DNA of 52,250 nucleotides, from contig NMRA01000783.1 of the NCBI GenBank assembly GCA_002633005.1, forward strand, positions 1 through 52,250, in the 5' to 3' direction. Below, piece after piece: positions 11,361 through 24,959 of this stretch. Positions within the stretch are counted from its first letter, which is position 1. Each line of letters starts with the position of its first letter. Below the pieces are notes generated by a model. That model saw only the letters and a program-made list of their open reading frames with translations, searched no databases and was not told where the DNA came from. The stretch is from Phoronis australis. Taxonomy: Eukaryota > Animalia > Phoronida. A program made the position numbers and the translations under genes.

Positions 11361-13954
11361 GGTTGCAAGTTTTCTCTTGTAAAAGAAACAGTTTTAAAAG
11401 TAACGATTTATTTCTTGAAAAGAGATAGCAAAGATGGAAACAACGGCAACTGTGCAGTGAACTTGTGACATCTCCTGGAAATAGTCACATGCGCTTGGGG
11501 TTATCTGTTCCTCTATCACAAATGATGTCACTCAATACTAAGAAAACATATGTTTCTTATATAGTTACAAGTCATCGGGAAATTCGAGCGCCTGTGGAAA
11601 TAGTTAAATAACAACAATTTTTGATATTGTAGTTTCCAAAGATCGGCACTTAAGTTGCAGACGATGTAGTATTCAGCAATTGAAAACTATAGCCTCCGGG
11701 TTGACGCCCCTCGGGCGATAATTCTCCAAAATCCACTCGGTCTCTAGAATAGGGGGGATAACGACTGAGAACATGTTATAATCTATATTTCTTTTCCTTT
11801 TAATAAATGATTCGAAGCACGCTTCAACACGTGAATGGCAATGCACGTGCAACCACGCCGACACTCAAAAGAGGCTCGTGTGATGACAAATTGAAAAAAT
11901 TCTTCGTAATCAGTGGTGATGATCGAATGGCTTACAAGCCCATCGAATCCCATCTCCGAACTTAAAAACAGTGACGCAGCAGTTTAATGCCAACAACTCT
12001 ATCTAGGTTTTTTAATCGTTCCAGTATCTGAACGAAGTTCTTTCGATAGACTTGGAATTAGGGATATAACGCTACGTAGTAGCAGGGATTTTCCACCTGG
12101 TTGACTTTATTGATTGTGTTACGTACGGTGGTTCCTTACCGGTAACTAGGGTGGGCGTGGTCTGACTGCATACGTTGTTTTTCAAAACTATCTACATGTA
12201 TAAGGATAATGTTAGTTGAATGAAGCCTTTATGTCCCTGGGTTATTGTGCAATGTCATCTGGTTATGAGGTTAGTGAACATGAACTAGTCCCAGACACGA
12301 CTTAATGTTAATTTAATGAATTTCGGGTAAGTAAAAGTACAATTGCCCTTTTTACCTCATCAGTCATTGAAGGTGCCATTTTCAATGGTTTGCTGAACTG
12401 CCATAAATCATCCAAAGAGAGTGATAAGAAGGTTGTATTCTTTGACGTGAATATAGTGTCAGTGTTATCGCCGGTAGGTCAGTCATGTGCAACGCTTGCT
12501 GTGGTGGCCTGTGAGCGGTGAAATTGGCGCTGAGGCGCGCTCACAGCAAGTAAAGCTTTTCCACAAGGGACGCAGCATTTAATTTATATTGCCTGAATTC
12601 CATGTCACAGAAGGGACAAAGCCTAAATGCTTTGAAATAGATCAGATAGAATCGTTATCATGTAGGCTACAATATGCATCTCCAATGACTAAGGTTCATT
12701 GCGTACCTCAGACGCGACAAGTCACGAGTCCGACTAGTGTAGTAGCAAAGATATTATAGTATATACATGTACTTCTAATTCACCAGGCGGTCACTGAAAT
12801 TCAAAGCGAGCCTCACTGCGATAAACAAGGCGGAAGTTGACATTGCGTAACTTAAATGGCTGGTCTTTCGAATCCAACATTAATATAAAATCTTAAAAAA
12901 GAGTTGTCTGACGAAAGGGTATATTTTTTTTCAGAAAACTACGTTCGAGGCATGAAAAGTAAATATGATCAAATTGCGGCGATGGTCAGTGCTACGGATT
13001 AGGTATATGCTGAACTGACGCTGGGTTACGTTCTTCTAGTGAATGGTTGATAAAAATGCTTTCTACACGAATCAGGTCATCTGCTGAGTTGAAGATAAAT
13101 TTGACAATGGCGGTTCATCGCGTTTTGCTGTCATGTGCAAGCCACGTCTGGTTTAATTTGTTGATCAAGAATGTTAACATCAAACACAGCCTGGGTTCTG
13201 GTAGTTAAGTAGGGACTACCTGGACTAACAGTTAATATGTCATTGATCTCCAAGAATGGGTGATGTTATTAAAATCAAAATTTATTAAAATAAAAAACCA
13301 GGCTGGTAATTCAACCTAAAAATTATTTGACCATCAATTCTGCTTTCTTGGTTTTAATAATTCTTACATATATTTCATATATTAGGTTTCAAATATCAAG
13401 CTGGACCAGTTTTAAAATTAAATCACCTAGTTCGTTCGTTCAAAGAATAACCAGAAAAAATAACGCGTCTCGTTCTAGAGCTTAAAAAGCAAGCATAATT
13501 GTCATGTTCCTTCAAAGGCCTCGTTCATCCGAGGGGAAAGATGCTTGTGCCTTCTGAGAGAGGAATTTTTTCGACGAGTTAGGGAGAAATTCTACTTCCC
13601 GATCACCATCAACAGTACCCCGCCCTGCCGCATGCTCTCACTGATAGGGTCTGTCTCAAGTAGCATTTTGTGCCCTTTCAAATTGTCACATGTGTGGTTA
13701 CAAGTGATTTGACCTTCCAGAGGAATTTTTAGGCCACGTGAGGTGAATTTCGCGTGATTTTTCAATACTTTTGACAGGGGAATAGGGCCGATATTCGGAC
13801 CAAAATCGGGATATTTAGGGCCCTGTCCTTTTAGGAAAGAAATGCATCATGTTCCAACCCATAGCCATGAAAACACAGCCTGGCTGGCCGAAGATTACCG
13901 GTCGCTGCTATGATGATGGGTAATCGAGGTGCGACAAATTGCGAAAACGAAAGT

Positions 13955-14200
13955 ACCCGGAAATATTTCCCTTCGTCGCGGCGTATGGCAGCGATCAAAC
14001 GCTTCCGAGTATCAACGTCTTTAGGGGATGTAAAAGAAGATAATTGAATGTCCACATTTTTCTATCGCCGTTCGAATAACGCGGAACGCAACAATGCCGA
14101 GTACGGAGCTATCGTAGTGAGCCTCGTTTTCGAGCGCGTTTCTATAACCATTCTGATGAAGGACTCGACGCACAGTTGGCAAAGTTCATAGGGTTCCTAT
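13955..14200 (-). mobile_element. Frameshifted THAP-domain remnant
   Basis: Minus strand reads RHCCVPRYSNGDRK, a frameshift, then DIQLSSFTSPKDVDTRKRLIAAIRRDEGKYFR (THAP CCVP.C...F.FPKD...W..AIRRD). Confidence 0.65.
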
Positions 14201-15282
14201 ATCTTAATTGCTTTTTCATATCATAATCTTAGAAACGTGATATCAAAGGATTGAGTTTTTAACATTTTCGTGACAACAGATTTCACATTTATTGTCGATT
14301 GTGTTGTGTTTGCTGACATTAAGTTTTATCAAATTTATGCGGCATCCATCCACAAACACTTACAGTTGGGCTGTTTTTAAGTTTGGCAGTGAGATGGCGC
14401 GTTGAAACTGCGTCTGGCTGCACACGAAGATGCCTACATTGGCGAACACAGAGCCCACTGCCAGATTCCACACTGTGTATCGCTGTCTCGGATCTGGCTC
14501 CAACGCCCGCGTTGCGCTGTGAGAAAGATGGAAACCACATGTACTGTAGGATTGATGTTTAATCCAACTGTCATATAAAACGCATAGAAACCTTTATTAA
14601 AAAGCACTAATGTATGCTGCAGGGTAAAATTTAGTAGGAGTGTCGGATAAGAAAACTCAGGAGAGAGTCATCTCCTTACTAAATCTGCGTTCCGCAGCAG
14701 CAAGAAACTCGCAAAAACGCAAGATCACTTATGAATTTCTAGCGTCTACGAGTTATGTCTGCCTATCCATTTCTTATTCTGTGTTTTTATTTCTTTTTGT
14801 AATGTGGTTTTTCTAATAGTATACATAAAAGGTACTCATTCGCCTTTTTTCCTTTGCTGAGCCAACCATGTCAAAGCTTAGGTTACATCATTCTTAATTT
14901 GTACCTTATTTTAGTTTTTCCCATAATTCCATCGGTTGTTTATATTTTACATAGATATACAGTATAATCATTTTGTTGATACTCAACACAGGTTGATGTT
15001 TTGCTCATGTAGTGAGAAAAATTGTTGAAATGTATTACTTAGTTTATTTTTGACCAAGTACATGTGTGGGTGGCTAGCCCTTTGAAAGTCTCCTTGTCTT
15101 GTTTTGATATTTCTTAAGTAATCAATGACTATTATACAATCATATAGTCTTAGTAAAACCTTAGTTTTGTTGTTTACCTTCGACTACAACAAGTCCCACT
15201 CTTGTCACTTTAAGATGCGCTCAGCAACTAGGAACGACTTGTGTAGATGCATGACTATTTGTATTATGAATGCCTAAATAAA

Positions 15283-15356
15283 CTATCTTTCTATCTGTCT
15301 ATGTACCTATCTATCTATCTGTCTTTGTATGTACACTGTATGTATGTATCTATCTA

Positions 15357-15407
<51 letters not shown>

Positions 15408-15410
15408 ATA
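15283..15410. repeat. (TATC)n microsatellite with degenerate flank
   Basis: More than 10 perfect tatc units at about 15357-15406. Confidence 0.95.
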
Positions 15411-15574
15411 GAAATTATTTCCATACTGTGATGAGGGAGTTTATTGCGTTCACAGCCATGCATTACTGAGGTACGCATGTGTTACAAAAATATGTACGAT
15501 GCAGATACCTGTAATTAACGGAGGGTGTAAATATACATTGTATACACAAAGCGGTCAGAGAGTGGTGTAGATTA

Positions 15575-15800
15575 CGTAATATCCCATGAGACGATATTCC
15601 TTCAGTCTCGGTCGATACTCGGAATAATATTGAGTGGGACATTTTTTTCATCTATGGCAACCGAGGTACGTTTTGTATTTATCGCAAACGTTTCGAGTTC
15701 TTAACATTCTTTCATTTTTGGCAGATTTTTTAAATACTTCACCCAGACTGTTAACGAGGCGGATCACATCCCTGGAGATACCTGTACATGTAAACGTTGG
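15575..15800. repeat. Hairpin-containing dispersed repeat, copy 2
   Basis: taatatcccatgagac...gagtgggac...cgaggtacgttttgtatttatc...cagattttttaaatacttcacccagactgtt...ggcggatcacatcc aligns with 11176-11338. Confidence 0.7.
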
Positions 15801-16310
15801 TAAAAACTAGCACAATGAACGCAAACTCTAACAATTTGTAAGGTTAGAACATTTGATAAGAACAGATTTTCCCGCACTAAAGTGGAATGAAAGGTTCGTT
15901 TATTACCGTATTGTCGGTAGTTTGACCCAGTGCATACCGAAATGTTCACGAAGATTGTACACTTTGTGCGCTTGACGGAGCGTGAACCAAATGTCTGGAT
16001 CCGACTACTAGGGTTTCTCATCACTGATCAAGTTTATAAAAGATGCACAGCTTTGGCACTCCGGCGTATTAAGGGGGGGGGGTCCAAAAAGAAAGGCTCC
16101 GGTATGATGTTCAGGGAAGGGAGGGGTTTGCGAATATTTTGTCTATCAAGCTGAGGCGACATACGATTTGACAACATGCATAAGGTGCGTATCAATCAAC
16201 CACCTACATGTACAAAAACGAAAGTTTGGGACATTGGAAGTCCAAAGCTGTGACACAGGTCTTTTCACATTTACAGCACATGCCAACTATGGGAGTCATT
16301 TTGTTCTTAC

Positions 16311-16465
16311 TTTAAGAAATCGTTTCTTCCGCTTACTTCGGCGATTTGCCAAATGCTGCCGAAACCTCCTTGTAGGATAGAACCTTGGATAAGAACGGTT
16401 AGCAATCCAGCCAGCATGACAATACTTTGAAATACATCAGTCCAAACCACAGCCTTCAGACCGCC
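16311..16465 (-). CDS. SLC5A8: SLC5A8-like coding exon 4
   Basis: 155 bp encoding GGLKAVVWTDVFQSIVMLAGLLTVLIQGSILQGGFGSIWQIAEVSGRNDFL (SSF signature GGLKAVVWTD). Acceptor tttccag, donor gtaag, ends in phase 2. Confidence 0.93.
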
Positions 16466-17484
16466 CTGGAAAATCATCACAAAGGTCAGAATCATAATTC
16501 TAACAGGGCTAATTTTACTTAAATAGGATTAGGCAGAGTTTTACTTCATATAGGATTTTTTAATTCTCACATTTTGTATCTTGGTCTTTTTCTACAAAAC
16601 AAAGTGGGGAACATGAAATTTGTTTTCCCGTTGCAGTCATAAACAGAGGCACCCTTGGTGAGGTTAAATTTATGTGGGCCACTCTAATTTAATTTTCGAT
16701 TGAACTCCTTTTGAAAACAGAATTTATGTTGTCAGTTTTATGTTTTAAATGCTTTAAGTGCATCCTCAAAAGCGCGCTAATTTCAGACTACGATTGCTTC
16801 GCTAGATTTCTCTCAGTTGGCGATAATGCCACATGTATGTACATGTAGCTGGGATCGCGAAATGAGTTGTTTTTAGTTGATGTGAATAGATAAAGACGAG
16901 AAGTTTCTTTTTAGAAAAAATCTTGTATCGTAATATTAGTCTCACATCCAACCTCTATTAAGCTCTACAAAGCCATTTGGACAGACTTTTTTTGAACATA
17001 TCAAATTTACTTTTGTTTCTCTCGTTTTCTCTAATTTTTCTGTGACAAATATTTCTTCAATTTCTGCTCACTGATTTCAATTGCAAGTTGTTCCTTTTTG
17101 CATAAACAATATAAGATACGAAAATAGAAGCAAACCAAAACAAAGTGTCTTGCTCACACCTCAAGTTTAATGTTGTGAACCTATATGTTTTTTATTTTCA
17201 GTTGAATTACATACACCGGTTGAACTCATTGACCAGATGTCTGTTCTCATGTGTTGTGTATCGTAATTAGGGCAATCAAACAACGCAATATCAATAAGTG
17301 ATTTTGTAAATTTAAATTATTTGTTATTCAAAATGAAAATAATAGGTCATTTTTGGACAATGATTAATTCATAAAACGCTTGAAAATAATATTCATTTTT
17401 TAGAAATTAGCCAATGTCACAAAACAACGACTGCTTTAACTTTTTGGCAAACTGTGCCGTATCCAAACATGTACTCAAGGAATA

Positions 17485-17625
17485 TCAATAACAACAATAA
17501 CAATAAGAACAGCAAAAACAAGGCAATATCATTATTGACAATAAGTAAAGATAAGAGCGGATAGTAATACTATAATAGCTATAATAATAATTGTAATAGT
17601 ATTAATTGTTATTGTAATTGTATTT
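17485..17625. repeat. Low-complexity (AAT/AAC/TTG) trinucleotide region
   Basis: aataacaacaataacaataag...aataataataattgtaatagtattaattgttattgtaattg. Confidence 0.55.
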
Positions 17626-18004
17626 TCAATTGCCTTAGAACGAGAGTGCGTGAGATCAGGAGAAAGCTGACCTCCTCCATGCTGAGCGAGATAAAGAAAG
17701 AAGGTCAAAATATTTTTATAAACAGTATCAGAAATGGAACACTCAGCTTTTGGCTAGAACGTCCGCAGCACAGATTAAAATCAACAGAAGCTGTAATACG
17801 CATAGAATTAGAAAAAAAATATTTAATGGATTTTGTTGAAACGTTTCAAATATGTGAAATTTTGAATTTTGTAAGAGACGCAAAACGCCTGTCTCGAAAA
17901 CATCGTATAAGCATTTTTTGTTTTTATTGGTATACAGAACATAAATATAAAACACGTAAGACAAAAAAATCAAGCCATTTTCACTCTTACCATACACACC
18001 CGCA

Positions 18005-18067
18005 CACACGCACCCGCCCCCTCAACATACCCNACACGCACCCGCCCCCCTCAACATACCCACCCGC
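18005..18067. repeat. Short C-rich tandem duplication
   Basis: acacgcacccgccccctcaacataccc occurs twice. Confidence 0.7.
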
Positions 18068-18119
18068 TTTTAGTAGGATGTTGTCAGGCAAAGGTTATGG
18101 TTAACCAGTTTCTCCAGGT

Positions 18120-19830
18120 TGCATGGTATTCATCTAAATTACCATTATTTAATAAAATTCTTCTATCAATATGAAATTCTCTTTCTAATATCTTAAGGGA
18201 ATGACAGACACTGGGGATTATTTTTTACACCTAGATACGTTAATAATTTTTAATTGCAAAAATATCCTATTTAAAACTTTATTTTCATTAGTTATGGACA
18301 TGCCAAAATCATTGTTTTTTGTCAATAACCATATTTTTAATATTTCTAATGCAATAATATAAAAATATTGTAATTCTCCTATCAATATTTTTATATTATT
18401 GCATTAGAAATGGATGTGATCCATTGTTTCACTTTGTGAATGGCAGAAAGTACATACATCAGAGTCCACTAAGTTAATTTTTAAGAAAATATTTCCTTAC
18501 AAGTATTCCATGTAATAGTTTAAACTGCAGTGTACATAAGTTGAAATCGTAAGTAGCTTTAAAAGACAATGAATATTTTTTCCAGCCACCAGTTATAACC
18601 TTCTCCTGGAAAAGTTCTGTGGGCAATAGACAAAATTTTGTTCTGATAAACAATTTCAAAAACCGTTTTACATATTGACATGCACTTTAAAAATTACGGA
18701 TATTAAAAGGTATTATTGGTCCATTATCTTAATTAATGGTTTTCTCCTCAGACACGACCTAATAGACTAAGTCAGAGAACAATACTCCAAAGAGTGTGTA
18801 GATATATTCGAGATCTTTTTTTAATTCAGTAAATGAGTAAAACCTGTTATTTTCAACAAGTAGGTCATTAATAAAAAGAACACCACCACTAGCATACTTG
18901 CTAAAGAAGATAAAATTTCTGTCTATTAGTATTTCATCATTGTGCCATAAACTTGTTAAGAGTGTCTTTATGGAGCTGTTTACTTATGAAAAATACCAGT
19001 TACTTAGAACTTCGTTCCAAAAAAAGGATTGATTACTTCAGTATGATATTTAATAAAATCATTTAAAATATTATATTTGACTTTGCAATCCCTGTTTCAA
19101 GCTCAAACAATTTCACCCATTTTGATTTAGAGATAAGTAGTCTTTTTATCCATGAAATTTTATAGCCTTGTTAAAAAGAATTTTATTCAACATTTTGACT
19201 CCCCCTTCCTCATAACTTTTAATTAATACATCTCTCTTCACTCTCTCAACTTTGTTATTCCAAATAAACTAAAAATGCCTGCGTTCAATTCATTCATAGC
19301 AATGTCTGATGGAGTAGGCAGGTTGCCATTATGTGAATAATTTTTGGCACCATCAAGGTCTTTACCACCGTAACTTTCCCAAAAAGGAGATTTTCTTCTA
19401 GACCAAATTTTGATAAGATTATTGATTTCATCAATCCTCTCATTGTAGTAAATGTCAATCATTTAGCATCTTAAATTCCGTTATGCCCCATTCCAACTTT
19501 CTTCTTGCATGGTGGAAAACATCTTTACAATTTTTTGCTGCCCAACCAAATAACATTTGTTTTGGAGCAATTTACTTTCAAACCAGACATGCATATTTAC
19601 TCAAAACTTTCAGATCAGCTTACAAACTACATGTACGCCGTGAACCATCTACGAAAAACCTTGCCATCAGCATACTGAGTAAGTATAAATTCACCATTTC
19701 CTATTTGAATGCCTTTGATTTCCCTATCTTGTTTTGTCATCATAGCTAATATTTCGGCACATAAATTGAAAACATGCCGAAAAAGGTTCACATTGTCTAC
19801 GCATTTTAGCAAATAATAGTCTTACTAGCA
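18120..19830 (-). mobile_element. Decayed L1/Tx1-like LINE ORF2 (RT core to C-terminus)
   Basis: FNLCAEILAMMTKQDREIKGIQIGNGEFILTQYAD, SGLKVN, INNLIKIWSRR and LQFKLLHGIL motifs, interrupted by many stops and frameshifts. Confidence 0.88.
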
Positions 19831-19899
19831 AACATCCGTACTGTTGATGTAGATTTTAATGAGATGATTTGTACAATATTTGGTAAAGAAAATTATGTT

Positions 19900-21250
19900 T
19901 TAACCCACAAGATGTATTAAGTGTGTTCTATGTATTGTCGACCAGAGAGATATTTTTTATCCGACAAAGATTAAGTAACAACGACTGAAAATTTTGAGAA
20001 TGCGTTTAACTTACTTTGTGTGAAACGTCTCTTCTCGTATGAGAAACTATTTGTTATGGGAGGTATGAATGCTCGTATAGGAATACTAAAGGACCTACTT
20101 AAAATTCATCAGTTGATGTGTCGTGTCATAAATAAGGCGATTTATTAGACTAAATTGTTAGTAATGAACGCCACAATGTGGAAAGAATTGCAAATAACTT
20201 TAGCAAAGCCTTGAACACCTTATGTGTCATAAGTGACCTTGTCATTCGTAATGGTAGGGAAAACCCTGATTTATCAGGTTTATACGCCTACCTATAGTGT
20301 TCATGTAAAAGTGCTGTTGACTTCATTCTGACGGCCAAGAACCTATTTAATGATATATCGCTGTTTGAAATCGCTGAACATTAACCGTTGGGAACACTTT
20401 CCTATAAGATACGAGTTTAATTTTGTTAAATGTGAGAAAGAACGGCATGCCCGAGATTATGAAGACTATACATTAGATGAATTGAGAATCATGAAAAAAG
20501 GCGATTTTAATAGTTTTGTTGAAAGCGATTACTTCGTGACATGACTAAGCAATAACTGAGAAGGCAGTTATTGATGCAAATCTGGTTACAAGTATTAAAA
20601 TCTTGCTCGGTGAATTCGGAAATACTGCGTCATTAGCGATCAGTAGGCAAGAAAAATGACTTTGTACAGTACATAGAAATGGTTTGATTCAGAACTTAAA
20701 TTAATGAAACTAAATAAAAACAGCCTCTTACGGGGAAAATCGACGAAATATCGAATGAACACTCTGAAACTAAAAACAAACAATTTAAAAATTTGTGAAT
20801 ATTGATGAAAATCAATGTAAGAATGAGGTGCATGACAACGTTGTAAACACAAGAGCATCGAATTATTTAAAAACGCTCTGGCGGTTGGTAGAATCAAATA
20901 AACCAAATCCCAGCAGCAATTGTAAATATAAGTCGATGACTGATGTGCTGATGATTGTCTTTACTGTTCAACGCTAATTATGAGATGTCAAATCCTGAAT
21001 TTGATTATATAATCGCAACTGTATTACAAACTGTAGAAGAAAATTATGACAGAGAGGATATGTTTTCATTTAACAGGGAAGTTGTTGAACTGGTTAAAAG
21101 TGAGCGAAACGGTACAAGTCCAGATGTATACGAAATTCGAGTGGGATCTACTGAGGTACTTCTCAGCTCAATGATACAGTATACATGTACCAAGAGCGTT
21201 GTATATATTTATGGCTTGTTGAATGGTAATTTGATGTATAGCGAATACTA
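19900..21250 (+). mobile_element. Decayed LINE (APE endonuclease plus linker; CR1/L2-group-like)
   Basis: EKLFVMGGMNARIG (GDFNAR-like) at 20041, DLVIRNGR, SAVDFIL and KWFDSE motifs in the expected order, heavily disrupted. Confidence 0.7.
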
Positions 21251-21439
21251 TTGTGATCATTATGGATTCTCTCCACCATTCATGGTGTTAATGAACGTGA
21301 AGTGTGTCACTTACTTAAAGCTTGGATTCGTCCGAAATTATTCTTTCTCGCCGCCCAGAGCCTGTAACCGCTTTACTTGATACACACAAAAGTGAGAATA
21401 ATACTTATGTGATAAGTTGGGTACTAGTTATTACAAAAA

Positions 21440-21900
21440 TAAATTTCAATGTAAGTTGGAAGATTGACACCAATCTCGAATGGTTTCAAATAAGACTTCC
21501 CCACAGATTTCTCAATACAAAATCTTTCCAATAGGCATACACTCAGGTTAATATAACTCACTGTGCATTTAGTGGAAAAAATTCAAGAATTTTTGTCACA
21601 TTTTTGGGTGTTTGGAAGTGTACAGAATTTTTGAGAGTGGGTGAACAAATAAGTAACAGCAAATGCAGTACCCGCTTTTAGTTTAAGCTTGACAGGTGTT
21701 ATCTTCGTGAAAGTGGGAGGCAGACAAGTGATTCAGTTCATTATTTGCTTAGGAAAACACCATATATATAGAGCTAGTTAAATTCAATTCCACCTATTTG
21801 CAATGATTGAAAAGTTTTTGACTATTATAACATAAAAAGATAGTTTCCTATATGAACGTGAACTATGAACAATTTAGAGAAAGGTGGATCTCGTAAAAGG
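21440..21900 (+). mobile_element. L1/Tx1-like LINE 3' fragment
   Basis: DTNLEWFQIRLPHRFLNTKSF followed by a degenerate C-x2-C...H-x-FW-x-C zinc-knuckle region. Confidence 0.65.
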
Positions 21901-22079
21901 ACTTTTTATCTGATAACATCGCAATTATTTATTTGACGATTTTCGAACGAGGTGTGAATTTTCTGTCATAAAATACGCTTGTGTATTTACATCTTGCATT
22001 AGTAAACGTATATTATACATGAATGTAAAACATTCATATCCATGTGATGTTATTGCAAAGGGAAGCCGTCATCATTTAC

Positions 22080-22340
22080 CTGTGTAGACATGTAATATAA
22101 TTTTGAAAGCATTTAAAATGTAAACTGGTACACTTCCAAATCAATGTTCCTTGATGTTACATGAAAGGCAATCGCATGTTCAAAATAAGCGGTGTACGGT
22201 TATTAAAAATGTATAATATACAACTGCTTTTGGTTATCTATGGTTAAACCAGAGAAACTGTGATGAACAGTATTTTTGTGAAAATTCAAGCAGACTTTTA
22301 GGGTTGGTTGTCTGTTGTAGAGTATACAAATAAGGAGTTT
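22080..22340. repeat. Dispersed repeat, copy 1 (partner at 39410-39710)
   Basis: ttccaaatcaatgttccttgatgttacatgaaaggcaatcgca vs ttccaaaacaatgtttcttgatgtcatttgaaaggcagtcgca; both are followed by aaccag.ga....gtgatgaaca. Confidence 0.65.
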
Positions 22341-24959
22341 TAACTTAAACATCTGAGATTTCTTACGAAAAATATTTCTGTAGCGAGCATACACAGCAGC
22401 AGGTATTTCACATGGCGAACATCAGTGTTAAACTCATAAATTAGAAATTGAAAACGGCAGAAGAAATGGTATTCCCCGAAGTGAAACAATTTGTAACGTT
22501 TGTAATACATGAGAGATTGGGCGCATTCCATGTTGCGTTGTCAAGTCATGGCAGGTTTAAGAATTAGGTTCATACCTTTTCCACGTTAAAAACAACGATG
22601 TCAGGTCTCTTCTAAACTCGAGTATAGTAAACACTTAAAAACATTTCAAAATATAGACTACATGTACATTGTATGAACAACAATGGTCCAGAAACAAAAC
22701 ATTGAGTCTTCAACGGCTGGGTGGGCGCGCATACAACTCTGGGCCAGTGGCCTCTTATGATGAATACAGTTAAAGTAATGTTATCAAATAAATACAATTA
22801 TTGTAACAAGAAGAACAAAAATGATAATTATTAGTTTTGAAAGCAGGCTAAAATTAAATTTTAGTATTAATTATTACACCTTAAATTAATTATTTCAATA
22901 TCATAATAATATAGAGTCATATTTAATAACAATGGAACATATATAATCATACTATAATATGTAAATATATTGTGATAACTATACATATCAAATACACAAT
23001 AACAATGAAAGAAATTTTGGAAGAAAGGAACTTTAACTTTGTAAATAATTGCAATGTAAATATACTTTCTTTTATAATTGGAACACAGCATGAAATTCGT
23101 CAATCGAAATTGATCACTAACATTTTAACATTCCGCAACTTTCAGGCCTGTGTGTTTGTGTGGCTTTCTTTACTATTAATTCTCAGGATAATTTTTAAAA
23201 AGTGGTCGGGAATTCCATAGAAATTTTATCACACATGGGGACAGTTGAGTTAGTACCCATCGTGCATGCCAGCCAGCTCACTCATTGCGGCTGCAATTTT
23301 AGGTGGTGGTGGGGCACCACCAAAAATATATCTTAAATTATAGAATATAAATTCATATTAAATTCAGTTTAGTTTAAAAATATTCGGAGATGTGGTGAAT
23401 GAACAGTATTTGAGCTCAAGTTTCGACTGAACTAGCTTGCGTAAAAATCCATTTTGTGAAATTTTTAACCAGAGTAAAACGGAACGATTACCTAAAATAT
23501 CGTGTTATTCACAATTGCAACCGAAACAGAAAAAGTGTGGTCAATATTTTGAAACCTGCCTTCACCCCGAATATGAAAAAATGTCCAGCATCAATTTCGA
23601 GTGAGGTCTCGTGATTTATGTTTAATGTTGGAAAACTGCACAATGCCACGTAGGCAAGGGAAGCAAGGTTTGAAACGATGTGATTTGCAAAGCGATGTGT
23701 AAAAATATTACATCGTCATTGCTCCTCTCACGTAGGTTTTCTCTTATCAAAAAGTGAGCAACTAATACCGCCGACCAACAGAACTATGCATTCTGGCCTA
23801 ACAGAGCTATTTTGAAATGTCCCTTGTGTTGATACTTCAGCGGAATGAGGGGTGGGTCAGGGCGCCCGCTGGCTACCGCAAAAAATAGAACAGCAAGAGT
23901 TTGAGGAAATATTGAGTTTATTAATTAACCTCGTTAATTTAAATTATGCTGCTGAAACAAGATTTAACATTGTATGCAGTTTTAGTTTGCGTGTGTGTGT
24001 GAGGAGTGGGGGGCTCAGAACCTATTTCAAGTGTCCGATTCAACCCATCGGCGCAATCGTAACGGAAGTATGGCTAAGTAATAGCGCTCCAGGTCGATAT
24101 GTGCATGATATCCCAGGCGACCGGCTGAGGCGCTGCGCACTACCACTGCGTTTCTATCGTCTGCTCCACTGTGCAATGAAGAAAGTTACTTCATTTTTTT
24201 CAAAGCAAACGGAATCTCAGTGACGATGACGAAACAGAAGCTACTTGTAAGATTTAAATTTTAATCGATGCCTGAATGAATCACTCAGAAACGATCTCTT
24301 TGTCAAACATTAAAATTAAGACGATTTCCAAAGCAATCGCGTGGTTACGGTACCAATACAAAAACGGATTTAGTCTTTTGGGCAACTGAAGAGTATTTTA
24401 AACACAACAACTTTTGCTACGAACTGGTTGCATAAAATATAAAGCGGGTAGGCCCTAATAAGCATTACAGAAAGAAGGAAGTTCTCGCGCAAACGCTTTG
24501 GACCATATAAACAAGCATGTCTCGTGGTATGACATTGTTAATGGAAGCGTGGTGGCACCATACGTTGACTATAGTGCATTGACCGCCAACTCCGTATACT
24601 TTCAATGGACGAAATCTGTGCTCTTCCGCATAACGTTACGCCATTATTCACTAGCGACACCTGGCCCAATTATCTGGCAGTATTTCTTGCGTCTTCTACT
24701 CTAAGTCGGCTGTTGTGTGGTCGGGTGGTAGTACCATTGTTAAAAGTACTCATGATACCAACAGTTCTACTGTTGTTTATAATCGATGGTGGCACAGTGG
24801 AAGAGCACCCGCGCTCTGGCAGACAGGTTGTGAGTGCCCGTCCGTGGCAGGTATGAAAGTCTAGTTTCTCATAATTGTATTTTTTCTTAGATAATACTTC
24901 GGAAATCAAGGAAAATGCTTGTTTTTAGAGACAAAAACAAAATTTTTTCCTGGGCGGGA

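Noticed and set aside
11673-11864. ORF containing GVNPEAI as a candidate SLC5 exon 5
   Set aside because: Lacks RHTFW and VQRY, has no fitting phase-2 acceptor, and overlaps a hairpin repeat.
12315-12368. Hammerhead-ribozyme-like string on the minus strand (AATGA-CTGATGA-GGTAA...TTACC-CGAAA-T-TCATT)
   Set aside because: The core boxes and stems I/II are suggestive, but there is no stem III or NUH cleavage triplet, and stem II is out of register by one base.
24170-24910. Possible decayed transposase start (MKKVTSFF...) and short ORFs on both strands
   Set aside because: No recognisable conserved domain or consistent splice pattern; cannot be supported.
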